A stretch of DNA of 64,000 nucleotides, from positions 53,940,001-54,004,000 of the forward strand of contig NC_042998.1 of assembly GCF_006345805.1 (NCBI RefSeq). The letters are read 5' to 3'. The translations under genes were made by a program, and so were the position numbers. Each line of letters begins with the position of its first letter. Positions within the stretch are counted from its first letter, which is position 1. Under the pieces are notes generated by a model. The model had not been told where the DNA came from and ran no database searches. It saw nothing but the letters and a program-made list of their open reading frames with translations. Source of the stretch: Octopus sinensis (taxonomy: Eukaryota). Shown piece by piece: positions 11,971 to 25,236 of this stretch.

Positions 11971-12040
11971 TTTATTTATAAATGTGAAAGCTTCACAGTG
12001 AATACAGAGAATGTTCAGATCACTTATGTTGTAACTTGAA

Positions 12041-12260
12041 GCCTTTAGTATTTAATCTGGCCATGCCCAGCCCAAATATTCTATCTGTTTTACACTCAGA
12101 TCAATCAGATCCAACCTCTCACACATACCTTACGCTGTCATTCTAAAAGTACACAATCATACCATCGATATCATGAAGCTACGAGATAATGCATGATTAA
12201 TTCAAAACAATGTGAATAATTAAGTGTTGCATTTAACAGAGTAATTTGTATGCTGAGGGG
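12041..12260 (+). mobile_element. MITE family G
   Basis: Matches 11144-11360; right end gggg|ttaa intact. Confidence 0.8.
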
Positions 12261-12289
12261 TTAAATCATACGTTTAGAATTTTTTTATA

Positions 12290-12670
12290 ATATATAATAA
12301 TGAAATTATTGTATACAGCACTCAGGTGCACCACAACTTGTCAAAAGTGCGTATAAAGCATATACAGTATTGTAAAAATGTCTGGGAAGTGAACAGTGTA
12401 TGAGTCAGATACATGCTTGCGTGTGTATGGAGGGGAGAAAATCAGGTGTAGTGTTGGCGAATCTCAGGAAGCATGGAAGTTTTGAAGGATGCAGTGCTCC
12501 GACAACTAACAGCTGATGCTGGCAGTTTGTTCCATACTTCAGCAACTCTTAGCGTGAAAAATTGTTTCCGAAAGAAATGGGAGCTGTGCTGTTTTCTGAC
12601 TTTTTAAAAATGTCCACGGGTGTTAGACGGGTGGAGTTTGAAAAGGTGCTCAGAGTTATTGTTAGTAAGT
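12290..12670 (-). mobile_element. CR1-type LINE 3' end
   Basis: Minus-strand peptide HLFKLHPSNTRGHF*KVRKQHSSHFFRKQFFTLRVAEVWNKLPASAVSCRSTASFK matches the CR1/L2 ORF2 C-terminal pattern TRGH...FF..RV...WN.LP...S...FK. Confidence 0.8.
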
Positions 12671-13299
12671 TCTCTCTCATCTTCATTTTATATTTTATCT
12701 TGAACAGGTTCTCTTACTTGTTGTAAATACTCACTGTGTTCTGTTCAATTTATATTTTCCCTTCACACTAATGCTCCCATACTTGTTCTAGTGATTCAAC
12801 TCTTTGCTTTTCTTTACCATGTTGCCTATACTGTCTCATTATTTCTCTTGTTAGCTTACATCATCTGTCATCCATATTTTATAAAGAAATACTAATTCTC
12901 AAGTGAGCAAACAATAAATAATTGTACTTATGCATATGTGTTAAGTGATAGGCAATATAAAAAAATTTAGTTCAATGAAAAAAAAAACTACAGTTTTCAC
13001 CATCATCATCAGCATTATAGTTTCCAGTAACAAAGCTCAGTCTAAGTTGTTTGCCAACTGAGAATATTTTCATTTCATTTTATTTCAGTTCAGCTGTTTG
13101 TTTATATCTACTTTTCTTTCCTTCGACATATCCATCTACTCTTACAATATGAATTTCGAGTAACAAATAAATAAAAGCAAAAAACTTCCACATCTGTTTT
13201 ACTAAGTTATGTCACTTTTGTAGAAAAATCTATCTTTCCTTCAATGATAAGATTATTATTATCTAATGAAAACCTTATCTCCAGCATCTATGCCAATGC

Positions 13300-13343
<44 letters not shown>

Positions 13344-13415
13344 GGATAGATAGATGGATAGATGGTTGGTTGGTTGCTTGGTTGCTTGGTTGCTTGGTTG
13401 GTTTGACAGATAGTT
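13300..13415. repeat. (GATA)n/(GGTT)n/(GCTTGGTT)n compound tetranucleotide repeat
   Basis: Directly visible. Confidence 0.95.
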
Positions 13416-14180
13416 TGACAGACAGAAGATATAAAAAAATTGAATATTAAAATGTTGTTTTCTTGTCCGGCACAATAATATATTATATGATGCTTAAAAT
13501 TTCCCTCTGCTAAAGACTTCATATTTTTCTTTCCTTCTTACTTTTTAACAATGTCATTTCTCTCTTCTTTTTCATTTCTCTCTTTCTCATTTTCTCTCAT
13601 TCCCACTAACCATGTGACAGCATAATGCATCAGCTGGCATACCATCTCCGACTTTATCTGCTTCTTCCCCTTAATACATCAGCCCTCCTCTCGCTCTCTC
13701 GCTCTCTCCCCCTCTCTCTCTAACCTCACAACCACAGCATCAGCCCTCTGCAATACATTGTATTTCTAACTCTCTTTCTCTATCTCACTCCCTTCAACTA
13801 ACTTTTTAACCACAAAATAGCTATCACTTTCCTCACATCATTAACATTTCTCTCTCCCCCTTTGTCCCTCCCTTCAGCTAACTATATAACAGTGTAGTGC
13901 ATTTGGTCTTAATGTATTAATATATAGAATGCACACACACACACTCATATATACATATATATATATACATACACATGTATAGAGCTTTCTCTCTTTTTTC
14001 TCTACTTCTTTCCTTCACTCCTTCTCCCTCTCCCTCTCACTCACTCCACCTCTTCCTCACTCCACCTCTCCCTCTCACTAACTAACTAAAGTGTAACATG
14101 TAAACAAATGAACAAGCAGAATAATAATGTTGATTGCACCCTAACATTTAAGTATAGATTAACCATCTTGTAACAGAATT

Positions 14181-14481
14181 GTTTGTTCCTTTTCGAGCCA
14201 CACCTGGCTCATAAGGGCCGGTTTCCCAGTTTCCTTGATGTATAGATTCCCCACCAGGATGAGACGCTGGTCTGTTGCAGGGGAGCTGCAAGATGCAGGA
14301 GGAAAGAGTGAGAGAAAGTTGTGGCAAAAGAGTCAGCAGAAGTTTGCCATTGCCTTCTGCTAGAACCGTGTAAAGCTTAGGTGTTTCGCTCATAAACACA
14401 CGCATCACCCGGTCTGAGATTCGAACCTGTGATCCTTCAACTGCAAGTCTGCTGCTCTAACCACTAGACCATGTGCCTCCA
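14181..14481 (-). mobile_element. SINE family E, full length with TSD
   Basis: Exact 14-bp TSD cttgtaacagaatt (14167-14180 and 14482-14495); tRNA head; (ttgt)n tail. Confidence 0.93.
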
Positions 14482-14650
14482 CTTGTAACAGAATTACTTC
14501 TATAAAACTATTTAAAACAGTAGACTTGCAAACCTGTTCTTACCATAATCTTTATATTCTTCAGATGCATAATTTTATTACGATTGTCATCATCATCATC
14601 ATCATTTAACATCCATTTTCCATGTATTGGATCCATGAGACATAATCCTT

Positions 14651-14860
14651 TCTACTAAAGGCACAAGGCCTGAAATTTGTGGAGAGGGAGCTAGTCAATT
14701 AGATTGACCCCAGGGTTTCACTGGTATTTAATTTAGCGACCCTGAAAGGATAAAAGGCAAAGTTGACCTTGGTGGAATTTGAACTTAGAATGTAGTGACG
14801 GGTGAAATACCATTAAGCATGTTGCCCAGCATGTTAACGATTCTGCCAGCTTCCTGCCTT
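14651..14860 (-). mobile_element. SINE family A2
   Basis: A head and body with the A2 tail. Confidence 0.8.
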
Positions 14861-15242
14861 GGTTCCATGTGACATAATGCAAAAACATATATTGTGCACT
14901 CATATGTTCAAAATCTTATTTGATTTTCCTTTTCCTTTCTGTGCTCCAGCATGGCCACAATCAAATGACTGAAACAAACAAACAAATACAAGAGTATGCA
15001 TAAATAGGTCACAGATAAGTATTAATTAAGTTTTATTTATGTGGTTTAGAAGTTTACTTCCTAATTGCTTAGTCTCAGGTTCAGTCCCATTGCACAGCAC
15101 CTTGGGCAAGTGTCTTCTATAGTGTCTGTTCAACTGAAACCACGCAAGTGAATATGGTAGATGGAATCTATAAGACACCCATATGTGTGTGTATGTGTGT
15201 GTGTGTGCCTGTACCCCCATCGTGATATGTGATGGTTGTAAA

Positions 15243-15650
15243 CAGGAGTAGCTGTGTGGTAAGTAGCTTGCTAACCAACCACATGGTTCCAGGTTCAGTC
15301 CCACTGCGTGGCATCTTGGGCAAGTGTCTTCTACTATAGCCTCGGGCCGACCAATGCCTTGTGAGTGGATTTGGTAGACGGAAACTGAAAGAAGCCCGTC
15401 GTATATATGTATATATATATATATGCGTGTGTGTGTTTGTGTGTCTGTGTTTGTCCCCCTAGCATTGCTTGACAACCGATGCTGGTGTGTTTATGTCCCC
15501 GTTACTTAGCGGTTCGGCAAAAGAGACTGATAGAATAAGTACTGGGCTTACAAAAGAATAAGTCCCGGGATCAAGTTGCTCAATTAAAGGCGGTGCTCCA
15601 GCATGGCCACAGTCAAATGACAGAAACAAGTAAAAGAGTAAAAGAGTAAG
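15243..15650 (+). mobile_element. SINE family B, full length
   Basis: ggagtagctgtgtggtaagtagcttgc...ggttcagtcccactgcg head, internal (TA)(TG), tail gactgaaacaagtaaaagagtaaaagag; B fragments upstream at 14940-15200. Confidence 0.92.
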
Positions 15651-16753
15651 TATCACCATCATACAAGCAACATCTTTCATTTCTAGGCTTCCATGAAGAA
15701 CATGTCCAGTCATGGGGAAATATTATTTTGCTTGGAAACAAGAGTTGGTGACAGGAAGGGCATCCAACCGTTGAAAATCTGGCTCAACATCGGAAAAGTA
15801 GATGTTAAATGATGATGGTGGTGATGGTGTTCTAAAGAATTATTTCTTTTGTGATGATGATGATCTGTAAATAAGGTAATTTGAAAACAAACCTTGAAAC
15901 TCAACATTGTGCTGAAGAATTTTTCTAGGTAAAAAAACTAAATTTCAAGACAAATGGAAATGGAATTTATAATGGGATTACTCACCAGGATAACAATGCT
16001 TATAAACTTAGCCCGTTTTTATCATTGGCAGATTTTGATATTTTAGTAGACCAATATTGTTAGATCAGAAAATTTCATGTGAGCCAATATCTTAAGAACA
16101 GAATGATAATTATTTCAGAAAGGATCCTGAAATTTATTTAAATGTCATTTCTCCTTAATTTCTTCTGAGGTCTATTATGAAGAATTTCAACATGATCTCA
16201 TTTTGATCAATTTATTGTAAGACTTTGAACAGGCGATCGATCTAGAGTCATAGTTATTAACTGAGCTTTCCTTCATCTGAAAACCATTTCAATGAAATTG
16301 CAGAAGAAATATTTCCTCTTCAAATTCCAGACTCTTAAAGTGGTTAAATAATAGAAACCCCCTTCCTGAGTTATTTAGTGTTCAAGTAGACAATGGAAGA
16401 AATGAACAAGAAAACAGCTGTTTAGTTTCTTCTTAAGTGGGTTAACCTTGTACAATCTCAATGTGTTGGGAAGAAGCATCATTAGGTTGGTGCCTCACTA
16501 CCACCATCATTACCATTTCTGATTTTGCCAAAATGTGATTGTACGTAAAGCATTTATGCAATGCTAATTGGTAATTAGAATGGTCATCAATAGGTGTGTG
16601 TGTGCGTGTGCATGTGTGTGCACATATTTGTGAGCTTATGGAAAGTCCTTAAGCAAGTGCCCAAATATTTCAGCTGATCACTCTCTATGGCAGAATACCA
16701 GTTGGCAGGAGAAGAGCACAAGGAGACTTTCAAGTCCTGCACACTTAGTAAAC

Positions 16754-16832
<79 letters not shown>

Positions 16833-17723
16833 GTGAGAAAGTGAGAGAGTGCAATAGCCATTGATTTGTTTTTACGTTCTCTGTTTTTAATGTTTTAATG
16901 CATCAGATATTTAGTAATATTGTCAGTTTGAATCAGATTGCAATTACTTTTAATTATCAGTTCTAATTCTCTGCAAAATGTGATTGAGTAACTTGTATTC
17001 GATAACTAATTTATTCCCTGTCTGAGATAATGGTAAGTCAAGTACTAAACTTACTGATAATAAAATGATGTCTTAAGCATGCCAATCCTTTAAACCAACA
17101 CATTTAACTAAATATATAAAAAAAGAAAAACAAAGAAGTAAATAAAATCATACTGTATTTTTTTTTTCTTTGCTTTATTTCATTTCTGAGTCCAAATCTT
17201 TGTCACTCTACTATTGGATCACAGCAAAATGCACATAATTCATTGCTAGTGGTCTGGATGACTAAAACTCTCAGTAGATCACATTCTGAATTTGTGAACA
17301 GTTCCTTGTTGCAGTTGTTTAATCAATCAGAGCTGGTCTGAGTCATCCTGAGTCATCTGAAGTAATGTGATGGATCATTTTGACTCTGGCTTAGGAGTGT
17401 TCAGCTTATAACAGTTGGATTCAATCCCATGTTTCACCACATAGAAATCACTAGCTGATCAACTGTGCAAACCCAATTTTGGTACAATTTATAATTGTTG
17501 TTCATGTGATAGTTTGGGGACATGACTAGGCCCTTCTGTTAACAGAACCTACAAATACAGCTCATTCGAACTTGGAAACCTCAAAGTGATTCTAGTCCTC
17601 AGTGGAGTTCACTTTCGGCAGATTGCTATTTTCACAGCTACATATTCAGCCTGGCATGATAGCTGATGAAAAATGCACCATGGCAACACAGCAACATGAA
17701 TATGTATTGGTGTAAAAACTCAC

Positions 17724-17815
17724 CTGAATGCTGAATTTCTGATGAAGACTTTCTTCAACTACAACATTTGCTGTTTTATCTGAATATTCCTCTACTTGTA
17801 TCGCATGAACACTTT
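17724..17815 (-). CDS. Candidate internal exon of unidentified host gene
   Basis: tacag acceptor, CAG|GTGAGT donor, 92 bp phase 1 to 0: (E)SVHAIQVEEYSDKTANVVVEESLHQKFSIQ. Confidence 0.42.
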
Positions 17816-19051
17816 CTGTATTAATGTAGCAATGAATGATATCCATATACATAAAACAAGTTTTCTCCCTGACTTGCTATAGGCCATTATTGTTCAGAGG
17901 CAGCCGGGCACCACCACTGTTGAGTGAGTACACAAATCATTGCTCTGATAGTGTGGTCCTCTCATACTGGACAGGAAAGCCATAGTCAAGTTGATGTTGC
18001 CAATGACCATCTTAGGTCATCGTCAGCAGTGTTGGATGATGTACAAGTACATTACTGCCATGCACCAGACTCCCAAATGACTCAGGAAACTGCATACATG
18101 CAGCGCATCAATGGGATAAAACTAACCTACAAGAAGTATGTGGTTAGTAAATAGAACATAGAAGAGATGAGCTGGAAATTATGTTTGAAGGTATCTAATG
18201 CAGTAGAAGGAGGAAGGGTGGAGGAAAGCAGAACCAGTAATAATTAGATGAAGAGGGATGCAGGAGGAGACTATTAGAAGTAATATTAGGGAGGGGAGAT
18301 TACCAATTGTAAGTGTAGGGGTGGTGGTAATTATTTTGAAGTTCAAAACTGACACATGGTTGTACTACAGCTGAGTGGATTGATTTCTTTAACATAAATA
18401 CTGACATCAATATGATTGTTAAAATTGTTTTAAATTCTTAGGGATAAAAAAAAATAATAAAGCGACATACTTTCTATTATCTTCAACATATTGCATATTT
18501 GTAACAAAAAGATATCACCGTGTAAAGATATTATCGTTTAAAATGAAAGTAATTAAATTCCTAATATGTTAGTTCCATCACCCATGCCCTAGACTAGCTA
18601 TAACAGATCAAATCTATGATTAAAAGTGTTTATTCCATGGCCATCACCTTTTTTATCCAGAAAAAATCATATTCTGCTATCGTGTTATGCAATAATTTCA
18701 ATTTAATTTTTAAAGATGGTAGTGTATTGATGGAAATTTGGCTGCTATTTCTTGCAGATGGAATGACCACATAGAGATTCAAGCTCCACTAAATAATTTT
18801 GCTCCTGAAATTTCTCTAGTGCAAGAACAAAATGCATTGCCTTCATAGTGATTAACAAGCTGGCTTGTTATTCCTTAATTCCTTTCTGTTGAAATCACAA
18901 TTTCTCTGAATTCAGGCAACTAGTCATTTTAATGGAGAAAATAGTGCCTCCTTGTAAATTTCGAATGTGAAAAGTTGACAATCATCAGTCTGTTAATCAG
19001 AAGATAATTAATTTCAGGTATCAAAATTGCCAATGCCTTATCTGTAATTGT

Positions 19052-19123
19052 TTATCATCATTATTCTGGATCAGTCATTTTCTATTGGTTATCATCATTA
19101 CGCTCGATCAGTCATTTTCTATT
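19052..19123. repeat. 37-bp tandem duplication
   Basis: ttatcatcatta..c..gatcagtcattttctatt occurs twice with period 37. Confidence 0.85.
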
Positions 19124-19257
19124 AGTTACAAGGTTTATCTAGACAGTAGAAACACATCTTATGTTTAATATGAATGATGTATAAAAGTAGTGAGGTGTAT
19201 AGAAACTGTGCCATATCCATTATTATTTTGATAAATATACATGCATAAAGTAAAAGA

Positions 19258-19596
19258 GGGTGAAGATCCCTTTTGGTCATGAATGACCATGGGTTTGCAC
19301 AGAGAAAGTTCCCTACTGAGGCACAAGTCTGGGCAAGGTTATTTATGGAAGACCAGAAGTTACCCATGCATACTAGTTTCCCCTCTCTATGCCACTGACA
19401 TTTTCCAAGAGAAAGTCAAAGGCTGATACAATTTAGCACCAGTGATGTTGCAACTCATTTCTACAGCCGAGTGAACTGAAACAACATGAAATAAAGTGTC
19501 TTGCTCAAGAATACAATACACAACCCTACTTGGGAATTGAATTCACAACCTCGTGATTGTAAGCCCAATGCTCAAACCACTGAACCATGTGCCTTC
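19258..19596 (-). mobile_element. tRNA-derived SINE, family I
   Basis: Head gaaggcacatggttcagtggttt...gaattcaattccc, then central cttgagcaagacactttatttcatgtt domain and a distinct tail. Confidence 0.8.
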
Positions 19597-19750
19597 CCAT
19601 ACATACATACGTACATACATACATAATATTACCACAAGAACCAGAAATGGATTTAAAAGCATGAGCAAGGTTTTTTAAAACTTTTAAACAAAAGAACATA
19701 GAGATAAGAGTTTTCTTCAAACTTTCATTTCATATTTCAAAACATATTTT

Positions 19751-20133
19751 TATTTCTTTATTGCCCACAAGGGGCTAAACACAGAGGGGGAAAACAAAGG
19801 GATTAAGTCGATTGCATTGACCCCAGTGCGTAACTGGAACTTATTTTATTGACCCCGAAAGGATGAAAGGTAAAATTGACCTCGGTGAAATTTGAACTCA
19901 GAATGTAACAACAGACAAAATACCTATTTCTTTACTACCCACAAGGGGCTAAACACAGAGAGGACAAACAAGGACAGACAAACGAATTAAGTCGATTATA
20001 TCGACCCCAGTGTGTAACTGGTACTTATTTAATTGACCCCGAAAGGATGAAAGGTAAAGTCGACCTCAGCGAAATTTGAACTCAGAACGTAACAACAGAC
20101 AAAATACCTCTAAGCATTTCACCCGGCATGCTA
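19751..20133 (-). mobile_element. SINE A1 head-to-tail dimer
   Basis: Two A1 units joined at about 19925 (aaagaaata|ggtattttgtctg on the minus strand); the second unit lacks the 5' head segment. Confidence 0.9.
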
Positions 20134-20520
20134 GGTTATTTCAAAAGGAAACCGGGTCCTATTTAGCAGCAGTTGATTGGAAATGAATAACTTTGAATGC
20201 TGGAAATCAGAGTTTTTTGAATTATAATGCATTAAAGAATACTGTACATTTGTATTGTGTCATTAATTTATTGTTTCTGGTGAATCAACAGAGAGAAATA
20301 TATGTTTGTGTGTGGTTATATATATATGACTATTTGGACTTTGGGTATATGTCAGTTAAAGCATATTCACTGTGAGCTACCTGATGTCAACTACAGTTAC
20401 GGTATATATGTGTTCATGTCAATGAATGTATACACATCCTTCTTCCGTTTAACTTTCAAGTCTTATCATTTGACAGGTTTTGCTTTCTATCCTTTATTAC
20501 TTTGATTTAATTTATCTTAT

Positions 20521-20938
20521 AGGCGTAGGAGTGGGTATGTGGTAAATAGTTTGCTTACGAACCACATAGTTTGAGTTCAGTCCCACTGCATGACACCTTG
20601 GGCAAGTGCTTTTTACTATAGCCTCGGGCCAACCAAAGCCTTGTGAGTGGATTTGGTAGACAGAAACTGAAAGAAGCCCGTCATATATAAATATATATAT
20701 ATATATATGTATGTATGTATGTATATGTTTGTGTGTCTGTGTTTGTCCCCCAACATCGCTTGACAACCGAGGCTGATGTGTTTACATCCTTGTAACTTAG
20801 CAGTTTGGCAAAAGAGAAGGATAGAATAAGTACTAGGCTTACAAAGAATAAGTCCTGGGGTCGATTTGCTCGACTTAAAGGTGGTGCCCCAGCATGACCA
20901 CAGTCAAATAACTGAAACAAGTAACTGAGTAAAAGAGA
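20521..20938 (+). mobile_element. SINE family B, full length
   Basis: Matches the B copies end to end. Confidence 0.92.
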
Positions 20939-21610
20939 TATGTAGCCAGATCCATCTGCAGGCTATAACCCCAGAATTATTCTACTCTCTGTCAGTGTAC
21001 CTAGATATTACAAGAGAGTACAACATGCCTGGAGGAACTCAGTGTAAATAGTAGGATATCTTTTATAAGAAACACCTGAGGAGACACAGACTGCACTCAT
21101 TGAATGCAGAACATAAAAATGGACAAAATGCTGCTAAGCATTCTGCCCAACATGCTGCCAGCTCACTGCCTTAAACAACAGTTTAATATTAAAAGATGTT
21201 AGTTGTTTTACTAAATCTCTTCAAATTCCTACTTATTTTCGAAGTTAATTAAAACAGTATATTTTATTAGATATAAAAGTCAAGAAAGTTTCTCCATTTC
21301 TTTTTACTGCCACTAACATTTTTTTTATATACACAGAAGAGAAGGGCAGAGTGTATGTCATTTTGCAGACCTTCCAAGATTGGTGAAATAAAAGAAAGAA
21401 TATACTATAGTTCATGGGTTTCTGCCATCGGGAGTAGGTGGTGGGGTAGGGGCAGGAATCATCAAGCTATTGTGTTATCTTCAAAGCAGAGACTTAGTCT
21501 AAGTATTGTCAATAAAATGAACTGTACTAAAATCACCCAAGAGCCAAACGGTGTTAAACTAGATAATGGATAAAGTGTATGACTTTAAAATGGATATGCT
21601 ATATATATAT

Positions 21611-21786
21611 AGGCACAGGAGTGTCTGTGTGGTAAGTAGTGGTAAGTAACTTGCTTACCAACCACATGGTTCTGGGTTCAGTCCCACTGCATGGCACTTT
21701 GGGCAAGTGTCTTCTACTATAGCCTCGGGCCGACCAAAGCCTTGTGAGTGGATTTGGTGGGCAGAAACTGAAAGAAGCCTGTCGTA

Positions 21787-21861
<75 letters not shown>

Positions 21862-22091
21862 GTGTATATGTTTATGTGTCTGTGTTTGTCTCCCCAACAT
21901 TGCTTGACAACCGATGCTGGTGTGTTTACGTCCCCGTAATTTAGCGGTTCGGCAAAAGAGACTGATAGACTAAGTACTAGGCTTACAAAGAATAAGTCCT
22001 AGGTTCGATTTGCTCAACTAAAGGCGGTGGTCCAGCATGGCCACAGTCAAATGACTGAAACAAGTAAAAGAGTAAAAAGGAGTAAAGAGTA
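21611..22091 (+). mobile_element. SINE family B, full length with expanded internal (TA)n
   Basis: B sequence with about 60 bp of (TA)n at 21790-21848. Confidence 0.92.
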
Positions 22092-23374
22092 TATATTCGT
22101 AGATTGGTTGCACCATTAGTTAGGGGGTTGTCAAAGTAGGTATTTGTGGTTGACTTGCAGATAGGTTGCACTATAATCTGGGGAGTTACATAGCCCTTTT
22201 TAACATAAATATAGCTAATATTTCTTAAATATAATCAAATATTCACTTTTATTTCAAAACTTTGCTTACAAAAATGTAAACATTATTGCGAAAGTGACTT
22301 TATGAAAGTAGTCTAATTGATAAATGAGCTCAGCAAAAAAAGTCAAGAAGTAAAAACTTAGCAAGAAAAATGTCTTGAATTACGAACAAAAGAGAAAAAA
22401 TGTTACATAAGAAAAGTGTTTAGTGATTTAGATATAATTATTAAACTTCATCAAAATTGAAAGCTCAAAATTCTTCATTATCATCATTGTCAGACATTCT
22501 TTTTATTTGACCTTGTGATGTCAAGTTGATAGGTCACAAATCCTGATTTTTATTGAAATTTTTGGTAAAAAAAGTGTGACCTCTCTGCAAGTATACATGG
22601 TACTTTATCTGGAATGTATGCATTTTACATATTGTAATCTTGTCTTTAGGGTATTGTTTTTTTGGTGGTTAATTTTACAGAAATATCAGAAAAGTACATT
22701 AGCTTGATGATGCTGTAAAGGTACATTATTTAAAATTGCTTTTGTTATACCAGGTATTTTGTGTTATTTTCATGGTTTATGTTGAATACAAAAGTCTTCC
22801 AGCCTTGTTTCTTTTTTTTGTGTTTTATATTTATGATTATTTCCTTGGTTAGTTGTTTGATACTGAGTTCTATCTTAATAGGGCATAACGTTGATGTATC
22901 AAGTTTGAGGTTGCTGTTTCCTTCTATGGGTTATCTTATTCTGATGTGTAATTAGGTTTGTATTTTTCTCATGTTGTCTTGTGGATTTCCTAGATACATC
23001 TCTACTTATTTTATTGAATGTATGTAACTGTAGAAAGTTATGTGTGTGTGTGTGTGTATGTAGGTATAATAACATGGATTTGTGTTAGATGTTAAGTGAT
23101 CTGAAAGAATAACATGAAGCTGTTAGGTGCTAAGTTGTCATAAAGAGTTGAGATGCCTAAACATCTCCAGCTCAAAGTTCATTGCATTCATACTAAAACG
23201 TCATGTTTCCATTACACATTACAAGCTTTTACATGCTATGTTCCGTACCTCCAACATTATTATGTCTTATTCACCTACACCCATCACCAAAGGATCTTGC
23301 TTCTTCTTTACTAGATCTACATATGTCAATATAAACTTCAACTCACCATAGCTTAAATATTTTTCAGTCAATAT

Positions 23375-23490
23375 TAGGTTGACTTTGCTTTTCATCTTAT
23401 CGGGGTTGATAAAATAAGTAATAGTTGAACACTGGGGTTGATTTAATCGATTAGCCCCTCCCCCACGCCTGTTGGACTTGTGCCAAAATT
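23375..23490 (+). mobile_element. SINE A2 3' part
   Basis: ggttgactttgcttttcatc...gataaaataagta...cccctccccc...ttgtgccaaaattt. Confidence 0.7.
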
Positions 23491-23544
23491 TACAAATAAT
23501 ATTATATAATTCTATGATGACAGCATCACATATATTCACACACA

Positions 23545-23615
23545 CTTTTAGGTGTTTTCACTCAATAAACACACACAATGCCCAGTCTGAGAATTAAAAC
23601 CATGATCCTCTGACC
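23545..23615 (-). mobile_element. SINE E 5' head fragment
   Basis: Reverse complement of gtggcgcaatggcccagtggttagggcag. Confidence 0.75.
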
Positions 23616-24779
23616 GTGAGTCCTCTGCCCTAACCACTGGGCCATTGCGCCACCACGAAACAAAGTAAAGGAAAAAGAAATAAAACAGCAAAAAAAATGA
23701 AGAAAAAATTTAAGATGTATAAAAATAATGCCACCAATTGTTCATTCCTGTTGTTTGGTTGCCAACTACTTTGTAGAAAAAATCAACTCAAACAAAGGAT
23801 CAAATAAAAAAATAATAATTTAGTTCTTTGCAGACACCATTAAGTTTGTCTTTTCTGACCTAACATATGTTATTACTCTTATGCTAACTAAAATAATAAA
23901 ATAATATAAAAATAAAATATAGCAATAATTACACCACCACGTATATTAAACTATAAACACAGCTTTAATATTTTTTCAAATTAATTCATTTTCTTCTGTA
24001 CCTTCATTTTTGTTATACATGTGTAAATACACTTTAGAATTTCTTACATATACATGTATATACATTTTCTGATCTATAGAGAACTTCTTTCTCTTGAAAA
24101 GTCTTTATATATAGGTTTATATACAGAAAGGTTTTCATCTAGACCTTACCTCCTTAAAAAGATCTAAGTTCATTCGCGTCTAAGATCTAGAGTGAAAGTA
24201 AGCATTTTAATTGGAATGCAACATGACTAGATACAATAAATCATAGACACTGTGTACCAACTTCAACAATGAAACTTACAAAATCAATGTTGAAACTTTC
24301 ACCTATGTTGTGAGAAAGCTACATAATGGAAAGATATCAGAAAGAGATCTCATAGATGGCGAGCATAAGAAGTTGACTTTTTATAGAAGGCCACTTATTA
24401 CAAATCTTTTAAAAACAATGGCAGGCCAGGCTGACATACCAGACTGATTTGCCATGGCTTATGCAAACTTTGTGGACAAGAATGGGGGAAAAAATTTTGT
24501 GAAAAACTCCATGGCCATAGCTTGTCATAACCTCTGTGAAAGCTGTACACAAGCTGCATGGATTAATTCTGCAAAGACCACTGAGAATCTAGTGAAATAG
24601 TCAGTAATGAACAGGCAAGTAGAAAGAATGGAGTGTGGGAATGCACTGAACCAATTTTAGTAAATAAAGCTGTTCTGTCAAAAGTAAGAAGACAACTTAA
24701 AAACCTTGATGCAGTAGAGTCTGATTACAAAACGGCATCCAATTTCATTCCCTATTCATGGCTTCTGAAGTCACCATAC

Positions 24780-24871
24780 CTGGGAAAACTGTTGCATTAA
24801 TTGCATTAGACACTGTTATTCTGTTATTGGAAGGCTCACAAAGACCTAGTTCACAAACTTCATACTTCAAA
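24780..24871 (-). CDS. Candidate internal exon of unidentified host gene
   Basis: tcttcttttag acceptor, CAG|GTATGG donor, only one open frame (phase 2 to 1): LKYEVCELGLCEPSNNRITVSNAINATVFP; phase matches 17724-17815. Confidence 0.42.
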
Positions 24872-25236
24872 CTAAAAGAAGATTTGCTTCGAATTTTATA
24901 ACTGTTTCAAACAATTTTTTTTATCAAAATCCACTAGCTATGTCCCAAGATCTACAACATGAAGAGTTAATAGTTTTCTAAGTATAAACAGGAATATATT
25001 TGACAAAAGAAAAACAAGAAAAAAAAAAAGGGGGGGGGGGAAACATCAATGCACCACAAGGTTCAACAGAATATATTACTAATTTTGGTTTCAAGTTTTG
25101 GCACAAGACCAACAATTACAGTTACATTGACCCTAGTAATCAAGAGAATGAAAGGCAAAGTTGGCCACAGAAGAAATTGAACTCTGAACATAAAAACAGA
25201 CGAATTGTCACAAAGCATTTTGGCTTGTATCTCTGT

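Noticed and set aside
15026-15475. Recurrent peptides such as DGLLSVSVYQIHSQGFGRPEAIVEDTCPRCHAVGL
   Set aside because: Antisense translation of SINE B, repeated wherever B occurs; not a gene family
15985-16126. Strong minus-strand donor (CTG|GTGAGT) and acceptor (tttcag)
   Set aside because: All three frames contain stops; could only be a non-coding exon
21072-21112. cacctgaggagac, a CUGAGGA core
   Set aside because: No downstream GAAA or helix II before the adjacent SINE fragment
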